NCBI RefSeq assembly: GCF_035285525.1
Contig: NZ_JAYKGW010000170.1
Location: 1-15,987, forward strand
Direction: 5' to 3'
Origin: Okeania sp.
GTDB lineage: Bacteria; Cyanobacteriota; Cyanobacteriia; Cyanobacteriales; Microcoleaceae
Length of the DNA stretch: 15,987 nt
The position numbers and the translations under genes were made by a program. Numbering within the stretch: the first letter of the stretch is position 1; each line of letters starts with the position of its first letter. This document shows, piece after piece, positions 1 through 7,176 of the stretch. The notes below the pieces were generated by a model that saw only the letters and a program-made list of their open reading frames with translations, made no database searches and had not been told where the DNA came from.

Positions 1-70
1 TAAGATGGAAGGGGAGGCTAAGATGGAAGGGGGGGCTAAGATGGAAAGGGAGGCTAAGATGGAAAGGGAG
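1..70. repeat. 18-bp tandem repeat (taagatggaaRgggRggc), about 3.9 copies, truncated by the window start
   Basis: Units read directly at 1-18, 19-36, 37-54 and 55-70. The core ggctaagatg recurs at the CHAT start codon (221-230). Confidence 0.9.
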
Positions 71-227
71 TTTAGACCTCAGTCTAAGTCTAACTCTAAC
101 TCTGTTCACAGTTCCCCCCCTTACGAAGGGGGGGCTAGGGGGGGATATCAAAACAGTAGCATATCCACACCAATATTCCTGGGTAACTGATGAATCCCCC
201 CAACCCCCCTTTGAAAGGGGGGCTAAG

Positions 228-1607
228 ATGAGAGCAAGTTTGAATATGTGGGGTGATGAACCTGAATCTACTGAAACACCCGCAAAACATTATGTCTATG
301 ACTCCGAACCGGGTAAGCAACTTCGAGAGGCAGTTTTTGATAAGTTGCGGGATAAATTAGCAGGTTGCAGTCATTTAGTAATAGCTCCCGATGGGGACTT
401 AAACTTGGTGCCATTTCAGATATTGCCAGAGGATGATGACACAAAATTGCAGGATAGGTACAACATTAGTTATGTCAGCGTCGGGCGAGATTTATTACGC
501 CGTCGCATCAAAACCAAGGGTATGGCAAACGAACCATTAATTATCGCCGATCCTAATTTTGATTGGCCTCAGCACGATGCAGATAATCAAAAACCAGAGT
601 CAAATGTGGCTGTTTCTAGTCTTAATGTTAGTCAAGTGTTCGGTACTCTGGCAGGTGTAAGATTCGAGCGAGTGAAGGCAACCGCTGATTTTGCGGAAAA
701 TGCAGGTCAAAAGTTAGGAGTCAAACCTTTCTTGCAAAATAAGGCAACAGGCGATCGCCTCCTCAAATGTAAATCTCCCAAACTGCTGATAGTTGCTACC
801 CACGGTTATTACTCCCAGAGAGGCGAAGAATATAGGCGTTTGTTGATAGAGTTGCTAAAATGCTCCCAGGAAAAACAAGCAGAAATATTAGCAAAAAATT
901 ATGGTTTCGTTGATGAGGAGTTTCTGAAATATATTGAAGCATTGCAAAACGACGAAGATATTGATCGTGAAACCAGAGAAAAGTTGGGAGCAATATATTC
1001 TCTGGTGAAACGACAGATAAACACCACTTCAGCAAAACCCCCAGTTAATAACATGGAATTTGAAACTTTCCAACCAAACCGCCTTCAAGCAAAAGTCGAA
1101 AACCCGATGATGCGTTCGGCGATCGCTTTGACAGGAGCAAATACCTGGTTGTCTGGAGGCCAACTACCGGAAAAATTCCCAACCATGGTATTTGCTCAAG
1201 ACATTGCGGGAATTGACCTCTGGCAAACAGAACTCACGATTTTAATTGCCTGTCAAAGCGGGTTAGGAGACGTGCAAACGGGAGAAGGAGTTTTCGGGTT
1301 GCGTCGTGCATTTGCGGTAGCTGGCAGTAAAACATTAATAATGAGTTTGTGGAGCGTACCAACATTAGCAACTATGTTATTAATGGAGCAATTTTTAGAT
1401 TATTTAAAAGCAGGTATTGGTCCGGCGGAAGCATTGAAAAAAGCGCAGAAATATATCATTAATGTCACCGTTGGAGAGTTACAAAAAAGTAAATTAGGTC
1501 AGGATATTTTAGCTGAATTAATGTTAGGAAATAATCTGAAAATTGACAGTCAACCATTAGCTCATCCCTATTTTTGGGGAGCTTGGGTTTGTCAGGGAGA
1601 GAGCTAG
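228..1607 (+). CDS. CHAT-domain (caspase-like peptidase fold) protein
   Basis: 459-aa ORF. It has the CHAT-type catalytic context LIVATHGYY (His) and LIACQSGLGDVQTGEGVFGLRRAF (Cys), and the typical C-terminal AHPYFWGAWVCQG. The domain opens with LVIAPDGDLNLVPFQIL. The frame stays open upstream through the repeats to base 3, so the true 5' end is uncertain. Confidence 0.85.
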   Translation: MRASLNMWGDEPESTETPAKHYVYDSEPGKQLREAVFDKLRDKLAGCSHLVIAPDGDLNLVPFQILPEDDDTKLQDRYNISYVSVGRDLLRRRIKTKGMANEPLIIADPNFDWPQHDADNQKPESNVAVSSLNVSQVFGTLAGVRFERVKATADFAENAGQKLGVKPFLQNKATGDRLLKCKSPKLLIVATHGYYSQRGEEYRRLLIELLKCSQEKQAEILAKNYGFVDEEFLKYIEALQNDEDIDRETREKLGAIYSLVKRQINTTSAKPPVNNMEFETFQPNRLQAKVENPMMRSAIALTGANTWLSGGQLPEKFPTMVFAQDIAGIDLWQTELTILIACQSGLGDVQTGEGVFGLRRAFAVAGSKTLIMSLWSVPTLATMLLMEQFLDYLKAGIGPAEALKKAQKYIINVTVGELQKSKLGQDILAELMLGNNLKIDSQPLAHPYFWGAWVCQGES

Positions 1608-1613
1608 TAGAGA

Positions 1614-1667
1614 GTGTGGTCCGGGTGGTCCGTGTGGTCCGTGTGGTCCGTGTGGTCCGTGTGGGAG
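1614..1667. repeat. 9-bp tandem repeat (gtgtggtcc), about 6 copies, directly after the CHAT stop codon
   Basis: Direct reading: gtgtggtcc, gggtggtcc, gtgtggtcc x3, gtgtgggag. Confidence 0.9.
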
Positions 1668-1668
1668 G

Positions 1669-1703
1669 CGTAGGTTGGGTTGAGGAACGAAACCCAACAT
1701 TAG
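1669..1703 (+). repeat. Solitary copy of the hairpin repeat gtaggttgggttgaggaacgaaacccaacatta, the same family as the core of the 57-bp array at 15341-15987
   Basis: Perfect 8-bp stem gttgggtt/aacccaac with the 9-nt loop gaggaacga. It is near-identical to array unit 3 (15455-15511). Confidence 0.85.
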
Positions 1704-1718
1704 TACCGGGTATTCCTT

Positions 1719-1760
1719 TATCAGTTATCAGTTTTTAGTTGCCAGTTATTAGTTTAGTAG
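1719..1760. repeat. STRR-like heptamer repeat tract (cagttat variants)
   Basis: Reads tatcagttatcagtttttagttgccagttattagtttagtag. The same heptamer family occurs at 11457-11497 and 11667-11700. Confidence 0.75.
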
Positions 1761-1796
1761 TGGCGCGTCAAACTTGAAAATGTGGATGAAAAAACC

Positions 1797-1880
1797 TAAC
1801 CCCCCAACCCCCTTCCCTGCTAGCGTTGGGGGGATTTCTCCCCTCTCCTCGCAGGAGAGGGGTTGGGGGAGAGGTCTTCT
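1797..1880. repeat. GC-rich palindromic repeat cluster
   Basis: Contains a 9-bp stem cccctctcc (1840-1848) / ggagagggg (1854-1862) and CCCC/GGGG-rich arms. Related hairpins occur at 6625-6690. This cluster explains the spurious ORF 1774-2016. Confidence 0.7.
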
Positions 1881-2001
1881 AGGTTGCTCGCTCCTAATCC
1901 ACAATTTTAGAGTAGTTTGTAGTTATTCCCAATATTTCGGTGCGTTACGCTCCGCTTTTCATGTCCGCTCAAGCGCGGAAACACACCCTACTGAACTACA
2001 T

Positions 2002-2856
2002 TTATTCCCTCAATAATTCTAACTGATAACGATACAATGCTACGGGGCGATTAACTACTGAAAAATAATCGGGATCTCGAGGAGATAAATAAATAGCAGT
2101 TATCTGATTTGCTTCAATTATTTCGCCTCGTTTTTCATCAATAATATGATGATAATCTGTTGTTGTTTCTACCTCATTTAAGTAAATCATTGTCTCACTT
2201 TGAAATACCTGTTGAGTTATTTCTGAACTAATAAAATTATCTGGATTTAATTGTTGGCTACCTCGACTGGTAATAACGGAAACTAATTCTAAATTTTCTG
2301 CCAAAATAGTTGTCTGACGATTAGGATTATCTTGGTCAACTTTCACCGCTAAAATTGCATCATCACCTAATAATGCTTTGCCAATATTCAACCCATTAAA
2401 TTCTCGATCAGCCATAACTCCTTCTGGGGGTAAGTCTGATTTTTGAGTTTTATTTCTATTAGTTAGGGGCAACCAAAATGTGGGAAAATTTATTAATTTT
2501 TGTTTCGATATTTCTGGGTTATTCAACTTTGATTTAAGATGAATAAATCTAACTTGAAAATTCACAGGTTTATCCAAATATTGACGATTATTTTCAAAAC
2601 CTGGGGTGACAATTTTGGGAGCTAATGGAGCAACCATTTCTATTAAAGTGCTTCTCACATTCCAATTTCCTGCCATCCAGTCTGGATAAATTAAATCTCC
2701 TTTAGCAAGACTAATTGATGGTTTATTTTCCCAGTTAGGAAAATTAGCAACTCTGTCAGATAGGGTTTCTGCTACTGCATTATTGGGGAAAAGTAAAATA
2801 ATTGTAATTAAGCAGAAATTTAAAATTATTTGGCAAAATTTTTGGTAATATTCCAT
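2002..2856 (-). CDS. Hypothetical exported protein with an N-terminal signal peptide
   Basis: Long ORF. I place the start at the internal ATG at 2856 (MEYYQKFCQIILNFCLITIILLFPNNAVAE), which gives a signal-peptide-like N-terminus ending in AVA-E. The longer start at 2946 would overlap the neighbouring divergent gene. I recognise no family. Confidence 0.7.
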   Translation of the reverse strand: MEYYQKFCQIILNFCLITIILLFPNNAVAETLSDRVANFPNWENKPSISLAKGDLIYPDWMAGNWNVRSTLIEMVAPLAPKIVTPGFENNRQYLDKPVNFQVRFIHLKSKLNNPEISKQKLINFPTFWLPLTNRNKTQKSDLPPEGVMADREFNGLNIGKALLGDDAILAVKVDQDNPNRQTTILAENLELVSVITSRGSQQLNPDNFISSEITQQVFQSETMIYLNEVETTTDYHHIIDEKRGEIIEANQITAIYLSPRDPDYFSVVNRPVALYRYQLELLRE

Positions 2857-2888
2857 AATACAAAATTGATAAATATTTGTTATAAATC

Positions 2889-2916
2889 GTAGGGAGGTTG
2901 TATGCAACTTCCCTAC
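2889..2916. repeat. Palindromic repeat gtagggaggttg-tatg-caacttccctac in a divergent intergenic region
   Basis: About 12-bp stem with one mismatch. Same family as the palindromes at 11513-11540 and 11716-11743. Confidence 0.7.
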
Positions 2917-2963
2917 GTCTGAGAGAAGAAGTAAGTAGATTGACATTGGTACTTAATCATATC

Positions 2964-4004
2964 ATGCAAATTGACATTCAAACATTTACAGTTCATAAAA
3001 GATTTCCTTTAAAAATTAGTCGGGGAACTACTGCTCAAACTACAAATATTTTGGTCAAAATACAACACGAAAATATCGAAGGTTGGGGAGAAGCTTCTCC
3101 TTTTTCAACAGGAGAAAAAACACAACCAACCACAATTATACAGCAAGCTTTACAACAAATTACTCCTGCTCTAGAAAAGTTTAGTCCTCTCGATAGACAA
3201 CAAATAGAGCAACTCTTAACGGAATCACAAATACCATCAGCAGCAAGAGCAGCTATCGATATTGCTTTGCATGACTGGGTAGGAAAAAAAGTAGGTTTGC
3301 CTTTATGGCGACTTTGGGGACTGGAACGCCATCGCATTGTTCCTATTTCTGTCACTATCGGTATCAGTACCCCGGAAGTTGCTCAACAAAGGGTACGAAA
3401 CTGGTTAGAATTTATTGATGTGCGAGTGTTGAAACTAAAATTAGGAAGTTCGGAAGGTGTGGAAGCAGATCAGGCAATGTTGATGGCGGTGAAAGAGGCA
3501 GCACCTCCAGATACTTTGTTATATGTGGATGCAAATGGGGGTTGGAGTCTGGAGGATGGGGTGAAAATGTGTGATTGGTTGGCAACAGTAGGGGTTGTTT
3601 ATGTGGAACAACCATTAGCTGCTGTTTCGGCAATGACAGATTTACCTCATCTTTATGAGCGATCGCCACTACCTATTTTTGTCGATGAAAGTTGTTTTAC
3701 TGCTCAGGATATTCCTCCGTTAGCAGATCGAGTACATGGTATTAATATTAAGTTGATGAAGTCAGGGGGATTAACGGAAGCGATGCGAATGGTTTATGTA
3801 GCGAAAGCTTGTGGTTTGCAAGTAATGTTTGGTTGTTATTCTGACAGTTGTTTGGCGAATACAGCAGCAGCACAACTTGCGCCATTTGCAGATTATTTAG
3901 ATTTGGATAGTCATCTGAATTTAATTGACGATCCGTTTACGGGTGCAGTGATGGAAAAAGGGCGGTTATTGCCCAATGATTTACCAGGATTAGGGGTGAA
4001 GTAG
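2964..4004 (+). CDS. Dipeptide epimerase (L-Ala-D/L-Glu epimerase-like), enolase superfamily, MLE subgroup
   Basis: Start chosen at ATG 2964 (MQIDIQTFTV). Enolase-superfamily landmarks are GWGEASP, the KxK motif in LKLKLG, the metal-ligand contexts YVDANGGW, VEQP and VDES, and the second catalytic Lys in INIKLMKSGG. Confidence 0.85.
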   Translation: MQIDIQTFTVHKRFPLKISRGTTAQTTNILVKIQHENIEGWGEASPFSTGEKTQPTTIIQQALQQITPALEKFSPLDRQQIEQLLTESQIPSAARAAIDIALHDWVGKKVGLPLWRLWGLERHRIVPISVTIGISTPEVAQQRVRNWLEFIDVRVLKLKLGSSEGVEADQAMLMAVKEAAPPDTLLYVDANGGWSLEDGVKMCDWLATVGVVYVEQPLAAVSAMTDLPHLYERSPLPIFVDESCFTAQDIPPLADRVHGINIKLMKSGGLTEAMRMVYVAKACGLQVMFGCYSDSCLANTAAAQLAPFADYLDLDSHLNLIDDPFTGAVMEKGRLLPNDLPGLGVK

Positions 4005-4109
4005 GGAAGACAGAGGACAGAAGGAAAAGAAAGGTTGAAAAGGAAAAAGTTTTTTGATAGCGTCAGCAGAACGGAGTTCTATCGCTGATTATCCAGACAT
4101 GATATAATT

Positions 4110-4211
4110 AGGACTTACGCAAAGAAACCCGGTTTCTGGGAGAAACCGGGTTTCTGGGTTCAGTTCAAATCACGAGATTTTGTCGATAGACCCAGTTTCT
4201 GCGTAAGTCCT
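4110..4211. mobile_element. MITE-like element (102 bp) with aggacttacgca terminal inverted repeats
   Basis: The left end is aggacttacgcaaagaaacccggtttct. The right end agacccagtttctgcgtaagtcct is its approximate reverse complement. There is an internal direct repeat, aaacccggtttctggg x2. Solo ends of this family occur at 5187-5200 and 11603-11620. Confidence 0.7.
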
Positions 4212-4326
4212 GATCATACACAAGTGGTTTGTATTTTCTTATGTTTCCTAAGTCGTGAAACTTATACAGTGGACTCTACACAAAGGGCGCGGATATTTAT
4301 AAGTCCTGAAATCTTTTGATAGTCTA

Positions 4327-4354
4327 CTGTTCCCTGTTCCCTGTTCCCTATTCC
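4327..4354. repeat. Heptamer tandem repeat ctgttcc x4 (STRR-like)
   Basis: Direct reading: ctgttcc ctgttcc ctgttcc ctattcc. Confidence 0.85.
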
Positions 4355-4373
4355 CTAGCGCTATAACTGAATA

Positions 4374-5141
4374 ATGAATATATATCAAATTCTCAAACAA
4401 AGTCAACGTCTAAGAGTTAGCGATCGCCAAGTTGTACCTATTCTCAGTGGTTGTGAAAATGTGAATCGTCTTTTGATCATAATTTGGTCACAATTAGGCG
4501 ATTTTGACAATCTGGAATATGCTTGGTGGTTACAACGAAAATCAGCAAATTTACAAAAATTAGGAGTGACAATACGAGCGATCGCTATTGGTAATCATGC
4601 TTCTGGTAAGAAATTTTGTGAATATACTGGGTTTCCTGCTGAATCATTATTTGTCGATCCAGATGCTAAATTACATCGAGAATTAGAATTATATCAGGGA
4701 TTAACCTGGAAATTTCCCTTATTAAATAAAGGTCAAAATGCTTTCTTAAATTTAATGTTCATGTGTGCGGGTATTGGTAGTCCGGGTACTTTAGCAGAAG
4801 TGCTGAGAGGTTATACGGGAGATCAAAAAGCACCTCAACTAATCGGTGATAATGAAGTCATTCATGCTAAACCTCTACCACCCCTGAAAGGTTCATTTTT
4901 TAATTTAGCAGGTGGAAAAGGTTTTCAACGTCCTTTTGAGCTAGCAACATTGAGATTAAGAAATATGACTCAAGTTTTGAGTAACTGGTCAACTTATGTA
5001 CCTAATGCTGCTTATTTGACTCAAAGAGGTGGAACTTTTCTATTTGATCATCAGGGAAATTTGTTGTATAAACATTGCGATCGCGGCATTTTGGGGTTTG
5101 CCGAGAATAAAAGTGATCCTTTATTTTTCTTAAGGGAGTAG
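4374..5141 (+). CDS. Thioredoxin-fold AhpC/TSA-like (peroxiredoxin-like) family protein
   Basis: 255-aa ORF containing three HIP1 sites. The N-terminal region LIIIWSQLGDFDNLEYAWWLQ...LGVTIRAIAIGN resembles the peroxiredoxin-like fold but has WSQLGDFD where a redox Cys motif would sit. The family call is from memory. Confidence 0.65.
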   Translation: MNIYQILKQSQRLRVSDRQVVPILSGCENVNRLLIIIWSQLGDFDNLEYAWWLQRKSANLQKLGVTIRAIAIGNHASGKKFCEYTGFPAESLFVDPDAKLHRELELYQGLTWKFPLLNKGQNAFLNLMFMCAGIGSPGTLAEVLRGYTGDQKAPQLIGDNEVIHAKPLPPLKGSFFNLAGGKGFQRPFELATLRLRNMTQVLSNWSTYVPNAAYLTQRGGTFLFDHQGNLLYKHCDRGILGFAENKSDPLFFLRE

Positions 5142-5266
5142 TTTGATAATTAATAATTAATAATTAATAATTAATAATTAACTATCAGAACTTACGCAAA
5201 ACCACAATATAGGGTAAGGGTGAATGGCATTCGCCCTTACTTAAATCCCCGTGACAAAAACAAACT

Positions 5267-5385
5267 CTAACTTTTAAATTTTGAATGCATGACTTATTTT
5301 TCTAACTTTTGAATTTTAAATTTTGAATGCATGACTTATTTTTCTAACTTTTGAATTTTGAATGCATGACTTTTGAATTCAAAAA
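5267..5385. repeat. Tandem repeat of 35-42 bp (ctaactttt[gaatttt]aaattttgaatgcatgacttattttt), about 2.8 copies
   Basis: Units at 5267-5301, 5302-5343 and 5344-5370. It ends in the palindrome ttttgaattcaaaa, which contains the stop codon of the McrB-like gene. Confidence 0.85.
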
Positions 5386-6467
5386 GTTAACCATTCACAA
5401 GAAATAATTCCATCAATAAAATCATCTGATAAAGCCACAAAATCAGAATAAGTAATTAACTTAATACTTTGGCGATCACCTTTCGACAATAAACTTTCTA
5501 AAGGTCTTCTATCTCTAGAAAATACACTATCCCACAAATAAAACATTAACTTATTTTCTATGGATTCTTTAGTAACTTGATTATTCTCTGGTTTCAAAAA
5601 CCAAACACCAATTTGTTTATCTTCAATCCGCCGAATTACTTGATGATTAACCTTAATAAAATCATTGAGCTTATTCACAAAATCCAACCATTTTTCCTCC
5701 CTACTTTCTATCAAAATATCCTTAATTTTTTCTCTGCCATAACCAGGTACATCCACATATTCCCAATCCCACCTTCTTTTAAAAGCACTATCCAAATAAT
5801 ATATAGACTCATCCGAAGTATTAATCGTCGCCATAATTGACAAATTTCTAGGAATAGAAATTCTGTGACTGGTCAAATTTTATAATACTCGTAAACCATC
5901 TAAATTATCATTCATTTCTAACTTCATTTTAGTCATCTGACAAAACACATCAAAATTACTTCCATCCACCTGTATATTCTTATCAGCTGTTTGAGCATCA
6001 TATCTCATTGCTCGTAACAAAGGGACTATTTCTAACTCTGATAAATTTACATCATAAGTTGACCAATTATCTATTTCTCGGTCTAACAATTGAAAAATCG
6101 GAACGAAAATAGCAGCAGCATTTCCTCTATTTAATTCATCAATTACGAAAAGTACATTTTGGCTACTACCATCTATTAAATATTTATATGCCAACCCCAA
6201 TACTTGCAGAAAATGACCGGGATAAAATTTATAAATAACAGAACCACCTGCCGTAGTTTGTGGCAATAGTTTTCCTATAAAATATGAATATGTATACTCA
6301 GGATGAAAGACAGTTTTAATTGTATTTTCTAGGGATTTTGTTTGCTCATTCCATTTAATTTGTAAGGAATTATTTGCTATTTCTCGTACTTTATAACTTT
6401 TGCCTGTACCAGGACTGCAAAATAGAATTTTTTGAATAGGTTTTGTTGTTTGAGAGATTTCTGACAT
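5379..6467 (-). pseudogene. McrB-like AAA+ NTPase (restriction-system GTPase family) interrupted by an in-frame TAA; no McrC partner
   Basis: ORF-track fragments 5880-6467 and 5379-5876 are in the same frame. They are separated only by TAA (5880-5882), read as GLRVL*NLTSHR. The M of the second fragment is really TTG. Motifs are Walker A SPGTGKS, the McrB-type Walker B FVIDELNRGNAAAIF, then MATINTSDES and AFKRRWDWEYV, which match the MNTADRS and RRRF signatures. Confidence 0.75.
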
Positions 6468-6552
6468 AGATCAATTTTATAAGTCTATTTTGATTATTTA
6501 TATTAATTTAGGCAGTAAGTATTTAGGGATTAGCGATCGGCTTTCAGCAATA

Positions 6553-6728
6553 ATATCATGTCTGGATAATTAGAAAAAACTTTCTCTTTCTTCTCCTCTT
6601 CTTCTTTCTTCCCTCCTGACTTCCCTTCCTGGAAGGGGTAGGGTTTGGTTAACTCCTGAATTCCCCTCTTGGGAGGGGTTAGGGGTGGGTTAGTTATTTA
6701 TTTATAACTGTTCAACCGGACATGATAT
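6553..6728. mobile_element. MITE-like element (176 bp) with 13-bp terminal inverted repeats atatcatgtctgg / ccggacatgatat
   Basis: The ends are reverse complements at 12 of 13 positions. The interior is a polypyrimidine tract plus two GC-rich hairpins (cccttcctggaagggg, cccctcttgggagggg). A related end lies at 4088-4105. Confidence 0.65.
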
Positions 6729-7176
6729 AAGACCAAATATATAGGGAACTTTTCGACTTTATTTAGTAAGATTTAATTTGATACACTTTAGGTTCTGCTC
6801 TTAAGAATAAGGGTAAGTATTTTCTCAGGAAATCCAGAGGCTTTAAATAATGAAATTTATTTTTTTTATCCCCTTAAAAGGGGAAGCTTTATACCTCTTT
6901 TTTTGGTGAATTTAATTTTAGTAAAAAAGCCTATTTTTAAAGAATAAATTTATTAAAAAAAAGGCAGTTTTAAAGTTTAAGTGCTTATGGAAAATTAATT
7001 GTATAATTCCCTGAAGATTGAGGTTTTTATTGCTAATAGCTGAATACTTACGACTCAGGTTTAAACAAAGCTTTTATTATGCAACTAAAACCAATAGCTG
7101 ATTGCTTACAAAATAGATTACAATAATACTCACTAAAATCAAAAATCTTATTTTTGAAATTAAAGGCTAATTAATT

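Noticed and set aside
5-320. ORFs 5-190 (+) and 135-320 (-) from the ORF track
   Set aside because: They are translations of the 18-bp tandem repeat (MEGEAKMEGGAK...) and of C-run/G-run palindromic repeats. They are low-complexity and overlap each other on opposite strands.
1774-2016. 80-aa ORF on the + strand
   Set aside because: It is built entirely from GC-rich palindromic repeats (PLSSQERGWGRG) and another dispersed repeat (gcgttacgctccgc...acacaccctac). It overlaps the 3' end of the convergent gene at 2002 and has no coding-like composition.
2857-2963. Long N-terminal extensions of both divergent ORFs (2946 start on -, 2898 start on +), which would overlap each other
   Set aside because: The internal ATG at 2856 gives a clean signal peptide. 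ATG at 2964 gives the conserved epimerase N-terminus (MQIDIQTF). The extensions run through a palindromic repeat and have no coding-like character.
4374-5141. Loss of the redox Cys motif (WSQLGDFD) in the AhpC/TSA-like protein, as a possible novelty
   Set aside because: I recall QLGDFD-type sequences as a family-wide trait of a conserved cyanobacterial and plant thioredoxin-fold group, not a change specific to this locus. The gene carries three HIP1 sites and looks resident. I could not verify the family trait here.
796-5840. Antisense ORFs 796-1035 (-), 3035-3355 (-), 3412-3669 (-) and 5577-5840 (+)
   Set aside because: Each lies wholly inside a longer gene on the opposite strand that has clear family motifs. 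Their translations are low-complexity or Cys/Pro/His-rich, as expected for shadow ORFs.
7002-7007. TATAAT hexamer preceded by TG, as a candidate MCP promoter -10 element
   Set aside because: The surrounding 700 bp is so AT-rich that -10-like hexamers arise by chance. There is no clear -35 element and it lies 170 nt from the ATG. It cannot be supported without transcription start data.
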